A stretch of 64,000 bases of DNA from the IMG/VR virus record IMGVR_UViG_3300035182_002389, positions 32,001-96,000 of that record. One strand, written 5' to 3'. The stretch is from a virus. Taxonomy: Duplodnaviria > Caudoviricetes. Below, in pieces: positions 52,631 to 61,879 of this stretch. The notes below the pieces were generated by a model that was not told the DNA's origin, did not search any database, and saw only the letters and a program-made list of their open reading frames with translations. Position numbers and translations under genes: made by a program. Each line of letters begins with the position of its first letter. The first letter of the stretch is position 1.

Positions 52631-54220
52631 CTACTTCGACCAGACCTGCCAGTAGACCGTCTGCGCCGCGTCCGCCGCCCCGCCCTTGCTCGTGATCGTG
52701 AAACTGACGCCGGCATTCACGTTCGAGAGGTAGAGAAAGCCCGTCGGCGCGACGCCGTTCGACTGGTAGCTGTACGTGACCGGCGTGCTGCCGCTGATTG
52801 CGGGAAGAAGAACGGTGAGCGCGCCGGCGCCATCCAGGGGGCCCTCACCGCTCGCAAGCGGTACGAGCGCCTTGAGCGCGTCGATTGCGTTCTGCACCGA
52901 TCCGCCAGGGCCGGTGAACGTGGGGAAGAGCACGGGCTGACCGGCAAGGACCGTCGCCCCAGGCGCCGGCGCACCCGGCGAGTTCAGGGCGCGCAGCTCG
53001 ATGTTCTCGCTGTCGAGGATCGTGACCACCGCGTAGCTGCCGCCACCAATCCCGATGAAGTCGCCCACGTGCAGGCACTGCGTCGAGTCGAACTTCGGCG
53101 TGATGGTCGACCAGAAGGCGGGCTGCACGAACGGCGTGATGAGATTCGCTTTGACCAGCGTGGGGGTGTGGGCCGCGTCGTCGTACGAGGCCTGCACGGC
53201 CTGGCTCAGCGTCGCCGCGAACCCGAACGGGCCCTGCCACGCGGGCTGGTTCGGCACGCCGTAGAACCACGTCGAGTCGTAGATGAAGTAGAGCCCAGCA
53301 CCCGGAGGACCCTTGAACGTGTTGTCGTAGCTGGTCGGTCCGAACGCAGGACCTGTCGAGCTGAACGCGATGAAACCGATGCCCGCGCCCGGCGCCGGTC
53401 CGCACTCGACGATCGGGATCGGGAACGAGCCGATGTCGAATGCAAGGTCGTTGAAGGACGCGACGAGGACGCCGCCTTGCGGCAAGTAGAGGCCAGAACG
53501 CGCGGTCGTCGCGACATTCTGGAGCCGAGCGCCTCTTGAGAAGGTGAGCAGGTTCGCGTCGTCCTGGATGATGCAGGGGCCCGTGCGCGCGTCGAGCTGA
53601 ATGACCAGGCCGTCTGTCACCTCGTAGAGATTTCGGATGACTCCGCCGAGGGGCTGGCGGAGGATCAGGTTCGGCGAGACGCCGCTCGGGCCCGTCGGGA
53701 TGTTCGCGCCCGCGAGGGTGAGGCGACCTTGGCCGTCCATCGGCACGGTCCACGGCGCGGGGGTCGCGGGCGGCATGAGCGAGTCGTCGACCTCGACGAT
53801 CAAGGCTCCGTTCGCGAGCGCAACCTGCGCCGCGACCTCGACGTCGGTCGCGAAGACATTGCCCTCGCTCACGCCGTTCGGGCGGTAGATGATCGTGCCC
53901 GAGCCCGAGGGCGAAGCTGTCGAGTCGAGGATCGAGGTGCGCACCCACCGCCCGATGCCGGTCGGGCTGTGCGCGCTCTGCCCCGGCTGCACGCAGGGGG
54001 CTCCGAACGCGTCGAGCCCGTCGGGCCCGTTCCAGGTCGAGAGCACGTTGACGCCGTCGACCGCGGGCGCGGGGACCTTCGTGCTCAGGCGGTAAAACCG
54101 GCCCGTGTCGACCACATATGCGAGGCAGCCCTCTTCGAGCCCGTCGGTCGACGAGTTCTGAAGCTCGCACGTCGTGGGCGCGGTGAGAAAGCCCGGGAAC
54201 GGGTTGTAGCCTTCGGTCAT
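52631..54220 (-). CDS. Fibre/adhesin-like protein, paralogue A2
   Basis: MTEGYNPFPGFL N-terminus; leaderless (TACGCT +7 nt). Confidence 0.7.
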   Translation of the reverse strand: MTEGYNPFPGFLTAPTTCELQNSSTDGLEEGCLAYVVDTGRFYRLSTKVPAPAVDGVNVLSTWNGPDGLDAFGAPCVQPGQSAHSPTGIGRWVRTSILDSTASPSGSGTIIYRPNGVSEGNVFATDVEVAAQVALANGALIVEVDDSLMPPATPAPWTVPMDGQGRLTLAGANIPTGPSGVSPNLILRQPLGGVIRNLYEVTDGLVIQLDARTGPCIIQDDANLLTFSRGARLQNVATTARSGLYLPQGGVLVASFNDLAFDIGSFPIPIVECGPAPGAGIGFIAFSSTGPAFGPTSYDNTFKGPPGAGLYFIYDSTWFYGVPNQPAWQGPFGFAATLSQAVQASYDDAAHTPTLVKANLITPFVQPAFWSTITPKFDSTQCLHVGDFIGIGGGSYAVVTILDSENIELRALNSPGAPAPGATVLAGQPVLFPTFTGPGGSVQNAIDALKALVPLASGEGPLDGAGALTVLLPAISGSTPVTYSYQSNGVAPTGFLYLSNVNAGVSFTITSKGGAADAAQTVYWQVWSK

Positions 54221-54247
54221 GCGTCCGAGCGTACACGAGCGCGCTCA

Positions 54248-54262
54248 GACTTGCGACAAGTC
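54248..54262. promoter_or_regulatory. Palindromic box
   Basis: GACTTGCGACAAGTC, 14 nt from the -10 element. Confidence 0.7.
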
Positions 54263-54270
54263 GGACGAGG

Positions 54271-55647
54271 TCAGCGGATGCGCGTCATCGAAGCCGCGGC
54301 AAAGCCGCTGTTCACGCCTCCGCCGAAACCGGCCGCGTTGGTTGCGAGGTCGAGATTCGCGATGGTGAAGTTGCGCACCGTCGTGAGCGCGGGAGGCGCA
54401 ACCGTCGTGTCGTAGGCCGCCCCAGAAGTCGCCCCGTTCAACTTGAAATCGTAGGTCGCGGTGTCCGCACCGCGAGCCTGCACGCCCCCAGTCCACGTTG
54501 AGGGGAGGCACTGAACGACCCCGCAGCGAACCTCGAAGACGTACGAGCCCGCGACCGCCGAGAGGCCCGCGATGGAGTTCGAGGGACCGTTGACGAAGAA
54601 GCTCGCGCCTCTATCGACTTGGACGGCCGCGTTGGACCAATCCATGAACAGGACCTCGGTCCCAAACACGAAACATCCCGGATGGCCGAGATTCACGGTG
54701 ACGCCTTGAAATAGCGTTCCTTGGCTGAAGATGGTGAAGCCTGGTTCCCCGAAGCCGGGAGCGATGAGGAACAGGCCTCCGCGCCACTGCCACGAAGCCG
54801 GACCCGACGCTCCGAAGGTGATGGCTCCAGCCCCCGTCGGGCTACAGCAGTTGTAGGTCAGAACATTGCCCGACATGTACGTGCCAAACACCGTCGAAGA
54901 GAACCGGCAACTGAACATGTAGAGGTGGGCGTCGTTGCCCACGAAACTGTCCACGATCGTCGACGAGCGGAAATCGCAGAACTGCGCGAACATGCCGTTC
55001 GGTGCGACGAAGATCACGGCTCCCTTCGCATGAAAGCGAACCGCTCCCGTGAACACCGTCATCGTGTAGACGGAGAACGCGTCCGCGCTCACCGGAGCCA
55101 CCTCCGTCGCGAGAATCGTGACCGTGGAAGGCAGAACGCGAAACGTCGGGCAAAGCCGGTAGTGGCCGGCCACCCCGTTCCACGCGGTGACGACCTTGCC
55201 GATCCAGGCGTAACAGTTCGCGGTCGAGTCGTAGAAGAGCGCGCTGCCGACGTAGGCGTCGAGGTTTGCGTTGACCGAGATTTCGAGCGCGAGCCCCGAA
55301 GCCTGCGAGCGCTGATGGTCGACCGTGAGCACGCCGCTCGCGACCGACGTCAGCGTTCCCTGAATGATGACCTGTCCGCCCGACTGGAGATACGGCTCGA
55401 AAGTCAGGTCTTCGGCGACCGTCGCATCGAGGAACGTGATGGTCACGACCGCCGAGACGATCGGCGAGACGCCGTAGCGCTTGATGAATGCTGCGAACGT
55501 CTTCAGTGGCGCGGTCGAGGAGAGGCCGGTGTTCGCGTCGCTGCCGGTCGCGTTGCTGATCCAGATGGACAGGGCGGAGGAGATCGTCGCCGTCGACGTC
55601 TGCTGGATGAACTGCGAGATGCTCCCGGGGCTGTTGACGACGTTCAT
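54271..55647 (-). CDS. Beta-helix-like fibre protein, paralogue B1
   Basis: IWISNATGSDANTGLSSTAPLKT (pectin-lyase-type N-terminal motif). Confidence 0.7.
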   Translation of the reverse strand: MNVVNSPGSISQFIQQTSTATISSALSIWISNATGSDANTGLSSTAPLKTFAAFIKRYGVSPIVSAVVTITFLDATVAEDLTFEPYLQSGGQVIIQGTLTSVASGVLTVDHQRSQASGLALEISVNANLDAYVGSALFYDSTANCYAWIGKVVTAWNGVAGHYRLCPTFRVLPSTVTILATEVAPVSADAFSVYTMTVFTGAVRFHAKGAVIFVAPNGMFAQFCDFRSSTIVDSFVGNDAHLYMFSCRFSSTVFGTYMSGNVLTYNCCSPTGAGAITFGASGPASWQWRGGLFLIAPGFGEPGFTIFSQGTLFQGVTVNLGHPGCFVFGTEVLFMDWSNAAVQVDRGASFFVNGPSNSIAGLSAVAGSYVFEVRCGVVQCLPSTWTGGVQARGADTATYDFKLNGATSGAAYDTTVAPPALTTVRNFTIANLDLATNAAGFGGGVNSGFAAASMTRIR

Positions 55648-55666
55648 GGGTTTCTTCCTCTACCGA

Positions 55667-57013
55667 TCAAACCAGAGCCGCGGAGCCGTTCAGTCGAGAC
55701 GTGCTGCCGCCAAACCCAGAGACACCTGCCGCGGCATCGAGATGAGCAAAGGTGTACGTCACCTCGGCGGCTTGGATCCCCGAGCCCGGAACGTAGGGAG
55801 ACCCTTGCGTCTGCAACGGCAGCCCGATTTTGAAATCGTACGATGCAGTAGCCTGCCCTCGCGCATACACGCTTACGGCCCACGACGCCCCGAGATGCTG
55901 GGCGACGCCGCTCTCTCCTCGAATGACGTAGCTGCCCAACGCGGTGCTTGTCCCCGAGAGCTTTGAGATGCTGAACAAGCCTCCGTTGTCGAAACGAAGG
56001 GCTTGAACGGGCCAGTCCTGAACCATGGCATCGCCGATGAAAACCTGAGCGCATTGAGCGTAAGAATCGATCTCTCCGCCCTGCACCGTGAAGCCCGTCA
56101 AAAGGGTCACGGGAGTGCGGAAGGTAAGGTTGTTGATCGCCCCACCGCCAAGCAGATAGTAGGTCTGACCGTTGGAGTCGACGGGCCCTAGACTTGCCGC
56201 CGTCACCAACGCGTTCGAGATGAAGGATCCAGATCCAGTGGCGTATGTGAACGCCCCAGAATAGCGGACGTTTGCGGCGCACCCATACTTCGAGCTGCTT
56301 GTGAAGAGGGCCGGCTGATTGGTCGCGCTGGAGAAATCGGCGTTGATGACCCACATCGCACTGACGCTCGACCAAGTCTCGTTGCCTTGCGCCTGGATGT
56401 TGAACGCCCCCGAGAACTTCGTGAACGATACGAGATTGTAGGTATTGCCGTTCGCGACCGTTGCGACCTCCGTCGGAAACGGTCCGACAGCGACGCCGCA
56501 CTGAACGAGGGGCGTGAGGCGAACCTTGTTCGATCCCGTGTCCTTGATCGGCCAAGCGACCGCGCCGGTTCCCGACCCACTGGTCATGACGATCATGTTG
56601 ATCCCGACGTAGGTTGCCCACGTCTTCGTCGAATCCGTGATTTCGAGCGACGTGTTCGTAGTCGCGTTCCTCTGCGTCGGAACCGCCGTCAGCGAGCCCG
56701 AAGCAACAGTCGTCTGAGTGCCTGCCAAGACCACGGTTCCGCTCGAACCGACGATGGGCGAAAAGAAAATGTCCTCCGTCACCGTCGCGTCCAAAAACGT
56801 GATGATCAGCGAGGCGTTGACGATCGGCGAGACACCGTAGCGCGACACAAACGCGGCGAAGGTTGCGAGCGGCGCCGCCGCCGAGGTCCCCGCGTTCGCG
56901 TCGTTGCCGGTCGCGGCGCTCACCCAGATGCTCAGCGGCGTCGAGATGACGCCGCTCAGGGACGGCGAGAAGAACTGGTTGACGGAGCCGGGGCTGTTGA
57001 TGATGTCGGTCAT
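55667..57013 (-). CDS. Beta-helix-like fibre protein, paralogue B2
   Basis: IWVSAATGNDANAGTSAAAPLAT; RYGVSPIV shared with B1. Confidence 0.7.
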   Translation of the reverse strand: MTDIINSPGSVNQFFSPSLSGVISTPLSIWVSAATGNDANAGTSAAAPLATFAAFVSRYGVSPIVNASLIITFLDATVTEDIFFSPIVGSSGTVVLAGTQTTVASGSLTAVPTQRNATTNTSLEITDSTKTWATYVGINMIVMTSGSGTGAVAWPIKDTGSNKVRLTPLVQCGVAVGPFPTEVATVANGNTYNLVSFTKFSGAFNIQAQGNETWSSVSAMWVINADFSSATNQPALFTSSSKYGCAANVRYSGAFTYATGSGSFISNALVTAASLGPVDSNGQTYYLLGGGAINNLTFRTPVTLLTGFTVQGGEIDSYAQCAQVFIGDAMVQDWPVQALRFDNGGLFSISKLSGTSTALGSYVIRGESGVAQHLGASWAVSVYARGQATASYDFKIGLPLQTQGSPYVPGSGIQAAEVTYTFAHLDAAAGVSGFGGSTSRLNGSAALV

Positions 57014-57044
57014 GGGCGTTGCCTCTTCGAGTCCTTGTGGGTTC

Positions 57045-57059
57045 GACTTGCTGCAAGCC
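57045..57059. promoter_or_regulatory. Palindromic box
   Basis: GACTTGCTGCAAGCC. Confidence 0.65.
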
Positions 57060-57064
57060 GCCGA

Positions 57065-59782
57065 TTACAGGAGCACCGGCGCTGCGATCTGAACGAGGAC
57101 CGTGCCATTGGTCCCGTCGGCCGCGGCGAGGAGGCCCACGCGCAGGATCCAGTCGCCCTTCACGTACGCGCTCACGTCGAGGGTGAGCTTGCCAGGCGAT
57201 TTCGCCATGAAGACCGGCTGACCTGCGTTGGCCGCGAGGGGTGCTGCGGCCCACACGGTCGCACCCGCGGTCGTCGTGATCTTGCCGCCCGTCTGGATGA
57301 CGACGGAGCCCGGGAAACCGCCCGAGACCGTCGAGAGGCCGAGCGCGTAGCCTGCGAGGGCGCCCTGGCCGCCGACTCCGTCATTGGCCGCGTCGGTGTT
57401 GAAGACCTTTGCCGTGCCCGCGACGTCCTTGTAGAAGACTGGCGAGCCAATGCCGACCATCGCTTCGCCGGCCACCTCGGTGACAACGGTCGTCGATGCT
57501 GCGGCGCCCGAGTGGGTGTGCAGAGCATCCGCGTTCGACGTCGAGCCGGCCGTGAGCGTGTCGAGGTTCGCGGCGGTGACCTGCCCCACGCCGGATACGT
57601 TGTGCACGTGCACGCCGGCAATCGCGAAATTGTCCGTCGCCGTTGCGCTGCCGCCCGGCAGGTCGATGTAGCCCGTCGCGGCGCAGCTCAGGACGATGCC
57701 CGCCTGCACGACGGTGTTCGACGAGAGCTTGACGGAGTTGGTGTTCGCCGCGCCGAGGACGACGTCGCCCTTGGTCGCGCCGTTGCCGGCGTTGAGCGTG
57801 ACGTTGCCGCCCGTCGTCGTGCCCGCACCGCCCGTGAGCGTGACGCCGCCGCCCGTCGTCGTGCCTGCACCGCCCGCGATGGACGTCAGGCCGCCGACCC
57901 CTGCTGCGCCCGAGCCGGCCGCGATGGTAAGCGCGCCGCCCGTCGTCGAGCCCGAGCCTGCCGTGAGGCCGACCGTGCCGCCGCTGCCTCCCGCGCTCGC
58001 GCCCGCCGTGAGCGTGAGGTTGCCTCCAACTGTTCCGCCGGCCGCCGCAGCCACCGCGGCGTTGCCGCCCGCGCCCGCCGCGGAGCTGCCTCCCGTGAGG
58101 CTCGCCGCGCCGCCCGCACCGCTTGCTGCGCCTGCCGCGCCGCCGTTGATGGAGACTGCGCCGCCCGTGCCCGAGGTCGTCGAGGTGCCACCGTTCAATG
58201 TGAGCGCGCCCGAGGCCGCGCTGTCGGCGCCGCCGGCCGAGATCGTCAGGCTGCCGCCCACCGTCGCGCCCGTAGAGGCCGCGACGCCGAACGAATAGGT
58301 GCCCGCGCCCTGCGTCTTGGTGAAGGTCGTCGTCTGGTTCGAGATCGAGAAAACGCCCGAGTTCAGCGCGGCGCCCGTGCCGTGGATCTTGACGAAGCCG
58401 TGCGTCGAAGTGCCGCCGCCGATGAAGATGCTGTCGGTCGTGTAGCTCGCCGTGATCTGCGTACCGATCGAGATGGTGCCGCTCGACGAGACGCCGGTGC
58501 CGCCGTCGATGTTGACCGAACCGCCGCCGGCAGTGTCCGCGATGCCGCCCGCGATCTGAATGGCGCCGCCGACGAAGGTCGCGCCCTTGCTGTTGCCACC
58601 GAGGACCAGGACCGCGCCGCCCGTACCGATGGTGTTCGCGTCGCCGCCGTAGACGTGCACGGCGCCGCCCGTGCTGCTGACGGTGCCCCAGCCTTGGCCA
58701 CCCGTCAGCTCCAATGCGCCACCGACGCCCGACGTCGCACCACCACCGCCGGCCCACACCGAAGTGATGGCACCGTTGCCGGTCGCGCCCGCGTCGCCTG
58801 CGTACAGCAGCAGCGTCCCGCCGCTACCGCTACCGAACCCAAAGCCCGATGAGAAGCTTGCTCCGCCGCCCACATCGTTCGCGCTGTTCGCCGATCCGGC
58901 CCAGATGTCGAGACCGCCGCCATCGCCAGCCGTCGAGCTGCGCACGTACAGCTCGTAGCTGCCGGCGCCGTTGGTCCGCTCGAACCGCGTCGCCTGATTG
59001 AAGATCGTCGTGATCCCCGAGTTCAGAGGCGCCGACGCGATACCGTGAAGGAGGATCGTGCCGTTGGCCGACGTCCCTCCACCGATATGGATGTTGTTGG
59101 TCGTGTACGTCGCGAGAGCCTGTGTACCGATCTTGACGTCGCCCGTCGCGATTGTTGCGACCGTGCCCTTGCCGCCGTCGATGAGGACGTTGCCGCCGGT
59201 GCCCGCGCCAGCGATGTTCGGACCGCCGTAGACATGCGCATCGCCTGCGGTCGACCCTGCGCTCGTACCGCTACCCCCGCGCAGCTCCGAGTTGCCGCCC
59301 GTGAGACCGCCGGTGCCGCCCGCCATGAAAAGCGCGCCACCGACGCCCTGACCCGCCGTACCACCCGCATACCCTCCGAAGATGGAAGCTCCGCCGCCCA
59401 ACGTGTCGTTGGAGGAAAAACCTGCCGAGATGTCCACCGCACCGCCCGTGACACCAGAGCCGCCGCGCAAAGACGCATCGCCGCCCGTGCCGAGCGTGGA
59501 AGCGCCTGCCGTGAGGCTTGCTGCGCCGCCTGTGCTCGCGGTCGAAGAGGCGCCGCCCGTCAGCGAAAGGCCTCCGCCGACCCCGGCCGTCGCGCCACCC
59601 GCGCCCGCTGTCACGCTGAGCGCGTAGCCGACCCCAGTGCCCGCGCCAAAGGGAGCGCTCGTCACCGCGAGCGCGCCGAACGCGTCGATACCGTTGTAGA
59701 CCGACAGCGATTGCGCGGTCTTCAGGCGCGAGTTGACGCCGGCTTGGCTCGTGATCGGGAGGGTCAAGATCGTCGCGGCCAT
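57065..59782 (-). CDS. Gly/Ala/Thr-rich 905-aa fibre-like protein
   Basis: Recurrent GG(A/S)xx(L/I)x(G/A)G units; globular C-terminal domain. Confidence 0.75.
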   Translation of the reverse strand: MAATILTLPITSQAGVNSRLKTAQSLSVYNGIDAFGALAVTSAPFGAGTGVGYALSVTAGAGGATAGVGGGLSLTGGASSTASTGGAASLTAGASTLGTGGDASLRGGSGVTGGAVDISAGFSSNDTLGGGASIFGGYAGGTAGQGVGGALFMAGGTGGLTGGNSELRGGSGTSAGSTAGDAHVYGGPNIAGAGTGGNVLIDGGKGTVATIATGDVKIGTQALATYTTNNIHIGGGTSANGTILLHGIASAPLNSGITTIFNQATRFERTNGAGSYELYVRSSTAGDGGGLDIWAGSANSANDVGGGASFSSGFGFGSGSGGTLLLYAGDAGATGNGAITSVWAGGGGATSGVGGALELTGGQGWGTVSSTGGAVHVYGGDANTIGTGGAVLVLGGNSKGATFVGGAIQIAGGIADTAGGGSVNIDGGTGVSSSGTISIGTQITASYTTDSIFIGGGTSTHGFVKIHGTGAALNSGVFSISNQTTTFTKTQGAGTYSFGVAASTGATVGGSLTISAGGADSAASGALTLNGGTSTTSGTGGAVSINGGAAGAASGAGGAASLTGGSSAAGAGGNAAVAAAAGGTVGGNLTLTAGASAGGSGGTVGLTAGSGSTTGGALTIAAGSGAAGVGGLTSIAGGAGTTTGGGVTLTGGAGTTTGGNVTLNAGNGATKGDVVLGAANTNSVKLSSNTVVQAGIVLSCAATGYIDLPGGSATATDNFAIAGVHVHNVSGVGQVTAANLDTLTAGSTSNADALHTHSGAAASTTVVTEVAGEAMVGIGSPVFYKDVAGTAKVFNTDAANDGVGGQGALAGYALGLSTVSGGFPGSVVIQTGGKITTTAGATVWAAAPLAANAGQPVFMAKSPGKLTLDVSAYVKGDWILRVGLLAAADGTNGTVLVQIAAPVLL

Positions 59783-59824
59783 GCTCTCGGGCTCCTTGTC
59801 GGGCGGTGCTCCGCCATCGTAGCC

Positions 59825-59839
59825 GACTTACGACAAGCT
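59825..59839. promoter_or_regulatory. Palindromic box between divergent genes
   Basis: GACTTACGACAAGCT, 16 nt before TGG-TACACT. Confidence 0.65.
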
Positions 59840-59867
59840 CCATAGCTCCGCGTGGTACACTCGGGCC

Positions 59868-60116
59868 ATGGCCGCCCGTCGCTCCTCCCTCTCCTCGCTG
59901 CCGCAGTACAGCTCCATCGGCAGCTACACGATCCTCTACCTCGACAAGAAGGGCCACGCGCTCTGTGCGCGTTGCGCGAACAAGCCCGGCGCCGAGATCG
60001 TCCGCGAGAGCACGTACGACGAAGGGCCGGCCATCGAGTGCGACGGCTGCGGCAAGAAGATCAAGTCGTCGTACGGCGTCGCCGTCAGCGCCCGACCCGT
60101 GTCGAAGAAGCGCTGA
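59868..60116 (+). CDS. Small zinc-binding phage protein (leaderless)
   Basis: ALCARC...YDEGPAIECDGC...SSYG. Confidence 0.65.
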   Translation: MAARRSSLSSLPQYSSIGSYTILYLDKKGHALCARCANKPGAEIVRESTYDEGPAIECDGCGKKIKSSYGVAVSARPVSKKR

Positions 60117-60138
60117 GGCTCCGCGGGCTGACGGTCCG

Positions 60139-60567
60139 TCAGCCGCGTCGAACACGCGCGAGGGTGACGACCTTCGCCGAGAAGTTCTCGCGCGCGTCGT
60201 ACACATCGTCTTCGCTCGTTCGGATGCGCGAGTCGAGGGCGCGTTTTGGGCTGTGGGGGATGAGCCGCAGCGGGACGGTCTTGTAGATGGTCCTGCTCAA
60301 GCGCCGTTTCCATCGGCGAATGAGCCCGTCCGCATCGTGTTCGCCTTCCGCATCGTAGAGATGATCGCCGACGCGAACGACGACGTGCACAACGACGTAC
60401 CAAGCGTCGTCTTCGCGGTGCATGTACACCCCCCGCTCGTCGTCCGTTCGGATGATCAGGTCATAGAGCTGAGGGTCTTGCACGCCCATGCGCAGCATGG
60501 CTTGTTGAAGGCCGATCGCGTACGACCAGCACGCGCCCGTGGTCCAGCGTTTGTCTGAGCGCGCCAT
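60139..60567 (-). CDS. Papain/transglutaminase-like Cys-His-Asp protein
   Basis: GACWSYA...VHVVVRVGDHLYDAEG. Confidence 0.5.
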   Translation of the reverse strand: MARSDKRWTTGACWSYAIGLQQAMLRMGVQDPQLYDLIIRTDDERGVYMHREDDAWYVVVHVVVRVGDHLYDAEGEHDADGLIRRWKRRLSRTIYKTVPLRLIPHSPKRALDSRIRTSEDDVYDARENFSAKVVTLARVRRG

Positions 60568-60568
60568 C

Positions 60569-60583
60569 GGCTTACAGCAAGTG
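60569..60583. promoter_or_regulatory. Palindromic box (one mismatch)
   Basis: GGCTTACAGCAAGTG overlapping the PLD stop codon. Confidence 0.45.
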
Positions 60584-61519
60584 CCCCGCGGCGATGTCGG
60601 CGGCAATGGCAACTTCGACCTTCGCTAGCTCCTGCACGTTCGTGACGATGACGCCCAGCTCGCGGTTGCGCGTCATCGATCCGGTCGAGAAGTTCACCGA
60701 GCCGATGTACGCCGCGGAGCCGTCCGCGAGGACGACTTTTGCGTGGATGTAGGGGCCGAGGCCCGAGTGTCCCGAGGATGGTGCGCCGCTCACATACACC
60801 TTGCCGCCCGCGGCCTTCACCATCGCGACGGAAGGGTTCGCGGCCGGAAGGTTCCCGGGCGCGTTCGCGACGACGAGGCGCACCTGAACGCCCTTTGCCA
60901 CCGCAGCGATGAGCCCTCTTGCGACGTCGTGGTCGCTGAACTCTTCGCCCTCGACGTCGAGCGTGTGTTTCGCCGACGCGATGAGCGTCATGATCTTCAG
61001 CTTCGCGTTGTCAGGCGCGACGACGAGCGCGCCCGAGGCGACGATTGGCTTGCCTGCGAAGTCGGCTGCGAAGATGGCTTCAGCTTCTGCAACATCAGCC
61101 GGGATCGTGTCGATGACGAGGTACTCGCGGTTGTGCATCGGCCCGGAGATGGACGCGTTCATCGTCATGATCCACGCGACCTTGCCGTCGAGGAGGACGC
61201 ATTTCTCGTGCGTGTACGCGAAATGCGGCGAGGCCCAAGCAACCGACACCTTCGCGCTCGTGAGCGCGGCGAACGCGAGAGAGTTCGGGCTCTCGCCCGG
61301 CGTCGAGAACGCGAAGTGCTCATTGAGCACGACCTTCACGTCGAGCCCTCGCGCGTGCGCGGCGATGATCGCGCCCAGCACCTCGTGCGAGGTGAGCATG
61401 TACATCGTGACGTGGACGCTTTTGTTTGCCGCGTCGATGGCTGCGATCAGCTCCGCGCCGTTATGGCCGTTCGGCTCGACGAGAATCGAGACGCCGCCCG
61501 CAGCCAGATCGTCGACCAT
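60572..61519 (-). CDS. Phospholipase D superfamily protein
   Basis: Two HKD motifs: YTHEKCVLLD and YIHAKVVLAD...GSVNFS...NRELG; leaderless. Confidence 0.9.
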   Translation of the reverse strand: MVDDLAAGGVSILVEPNGHNGAELIAAIDAANKSVHVTMYMLTSHEVLGAIIAAHARGLDVKVVLNEHFAFSTPGESPNSLAFAALTSAKVSVAWASPHFAYTHEKCVLLDGKVAWIMTMNASISGPMHNREYLVIDTIPADVAEAEAIFAADFAGKPIVASGALVVAPDNAKLKIMTLIASAKHTLDVEGEEFSDHDVARGLIAAVAKGVQVRLVVANAPGNLPAANPSVAMVKAAGGKVYVSGAPSSGHSGLGPYIHAKVVLADGSAAYIGSVNFSTGSMTRNRELGVIVTNVQELAKVEVAIAADIAAGHLL

Positions 61520-61555
61520 GTGCGCGAGCCTAGCAGATGTCCGACAGACTTGGCG

Positions 61556-61879
61556 TCAGATGACCTTGCCGTCCGGGGAGTAGGCCTTGAGCACACGGTA
61601 GCCCTCGAAGAAGTCCGTCACGGCCCTCTTGTAGTTGTCGTACTCGGAGTGGCCGTAGGGCTCGCGCGTCTCGGAATCGAACCGCGTGATGCGCCAACCG
61701 CCGGGACGGCTCGGATCGGGCGACAGAAGCAGGATGGTGTTCTCGTAGTCGGGGTGCGCGGTGACGGCCATCATGGGCTGCGGCGGCAGCGCTGCGTAAT
61801 GCGCGGCGAGCCTGCGCGTCATGACGCCCACGGCTCGCGAGCGAAGCACGCGACGTCGCATTTCTTCCGAGATGGCCAT
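61556..61879 (-). CDS. Hypothetical protein
   Basis: GAGGG RBS, overlap with the upstream stop. Confidence 0.55.
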   Translation of the reverse strand: MAISEEMRRRVLRSRAVGVMTRRLAAHYAALPPQPMMAVTAHPDYENTILLLSPDPSRPGGWRITRFDSETREPYGHSEYDNYKRAVTDFFEGYRVLKAYSPDGKVI

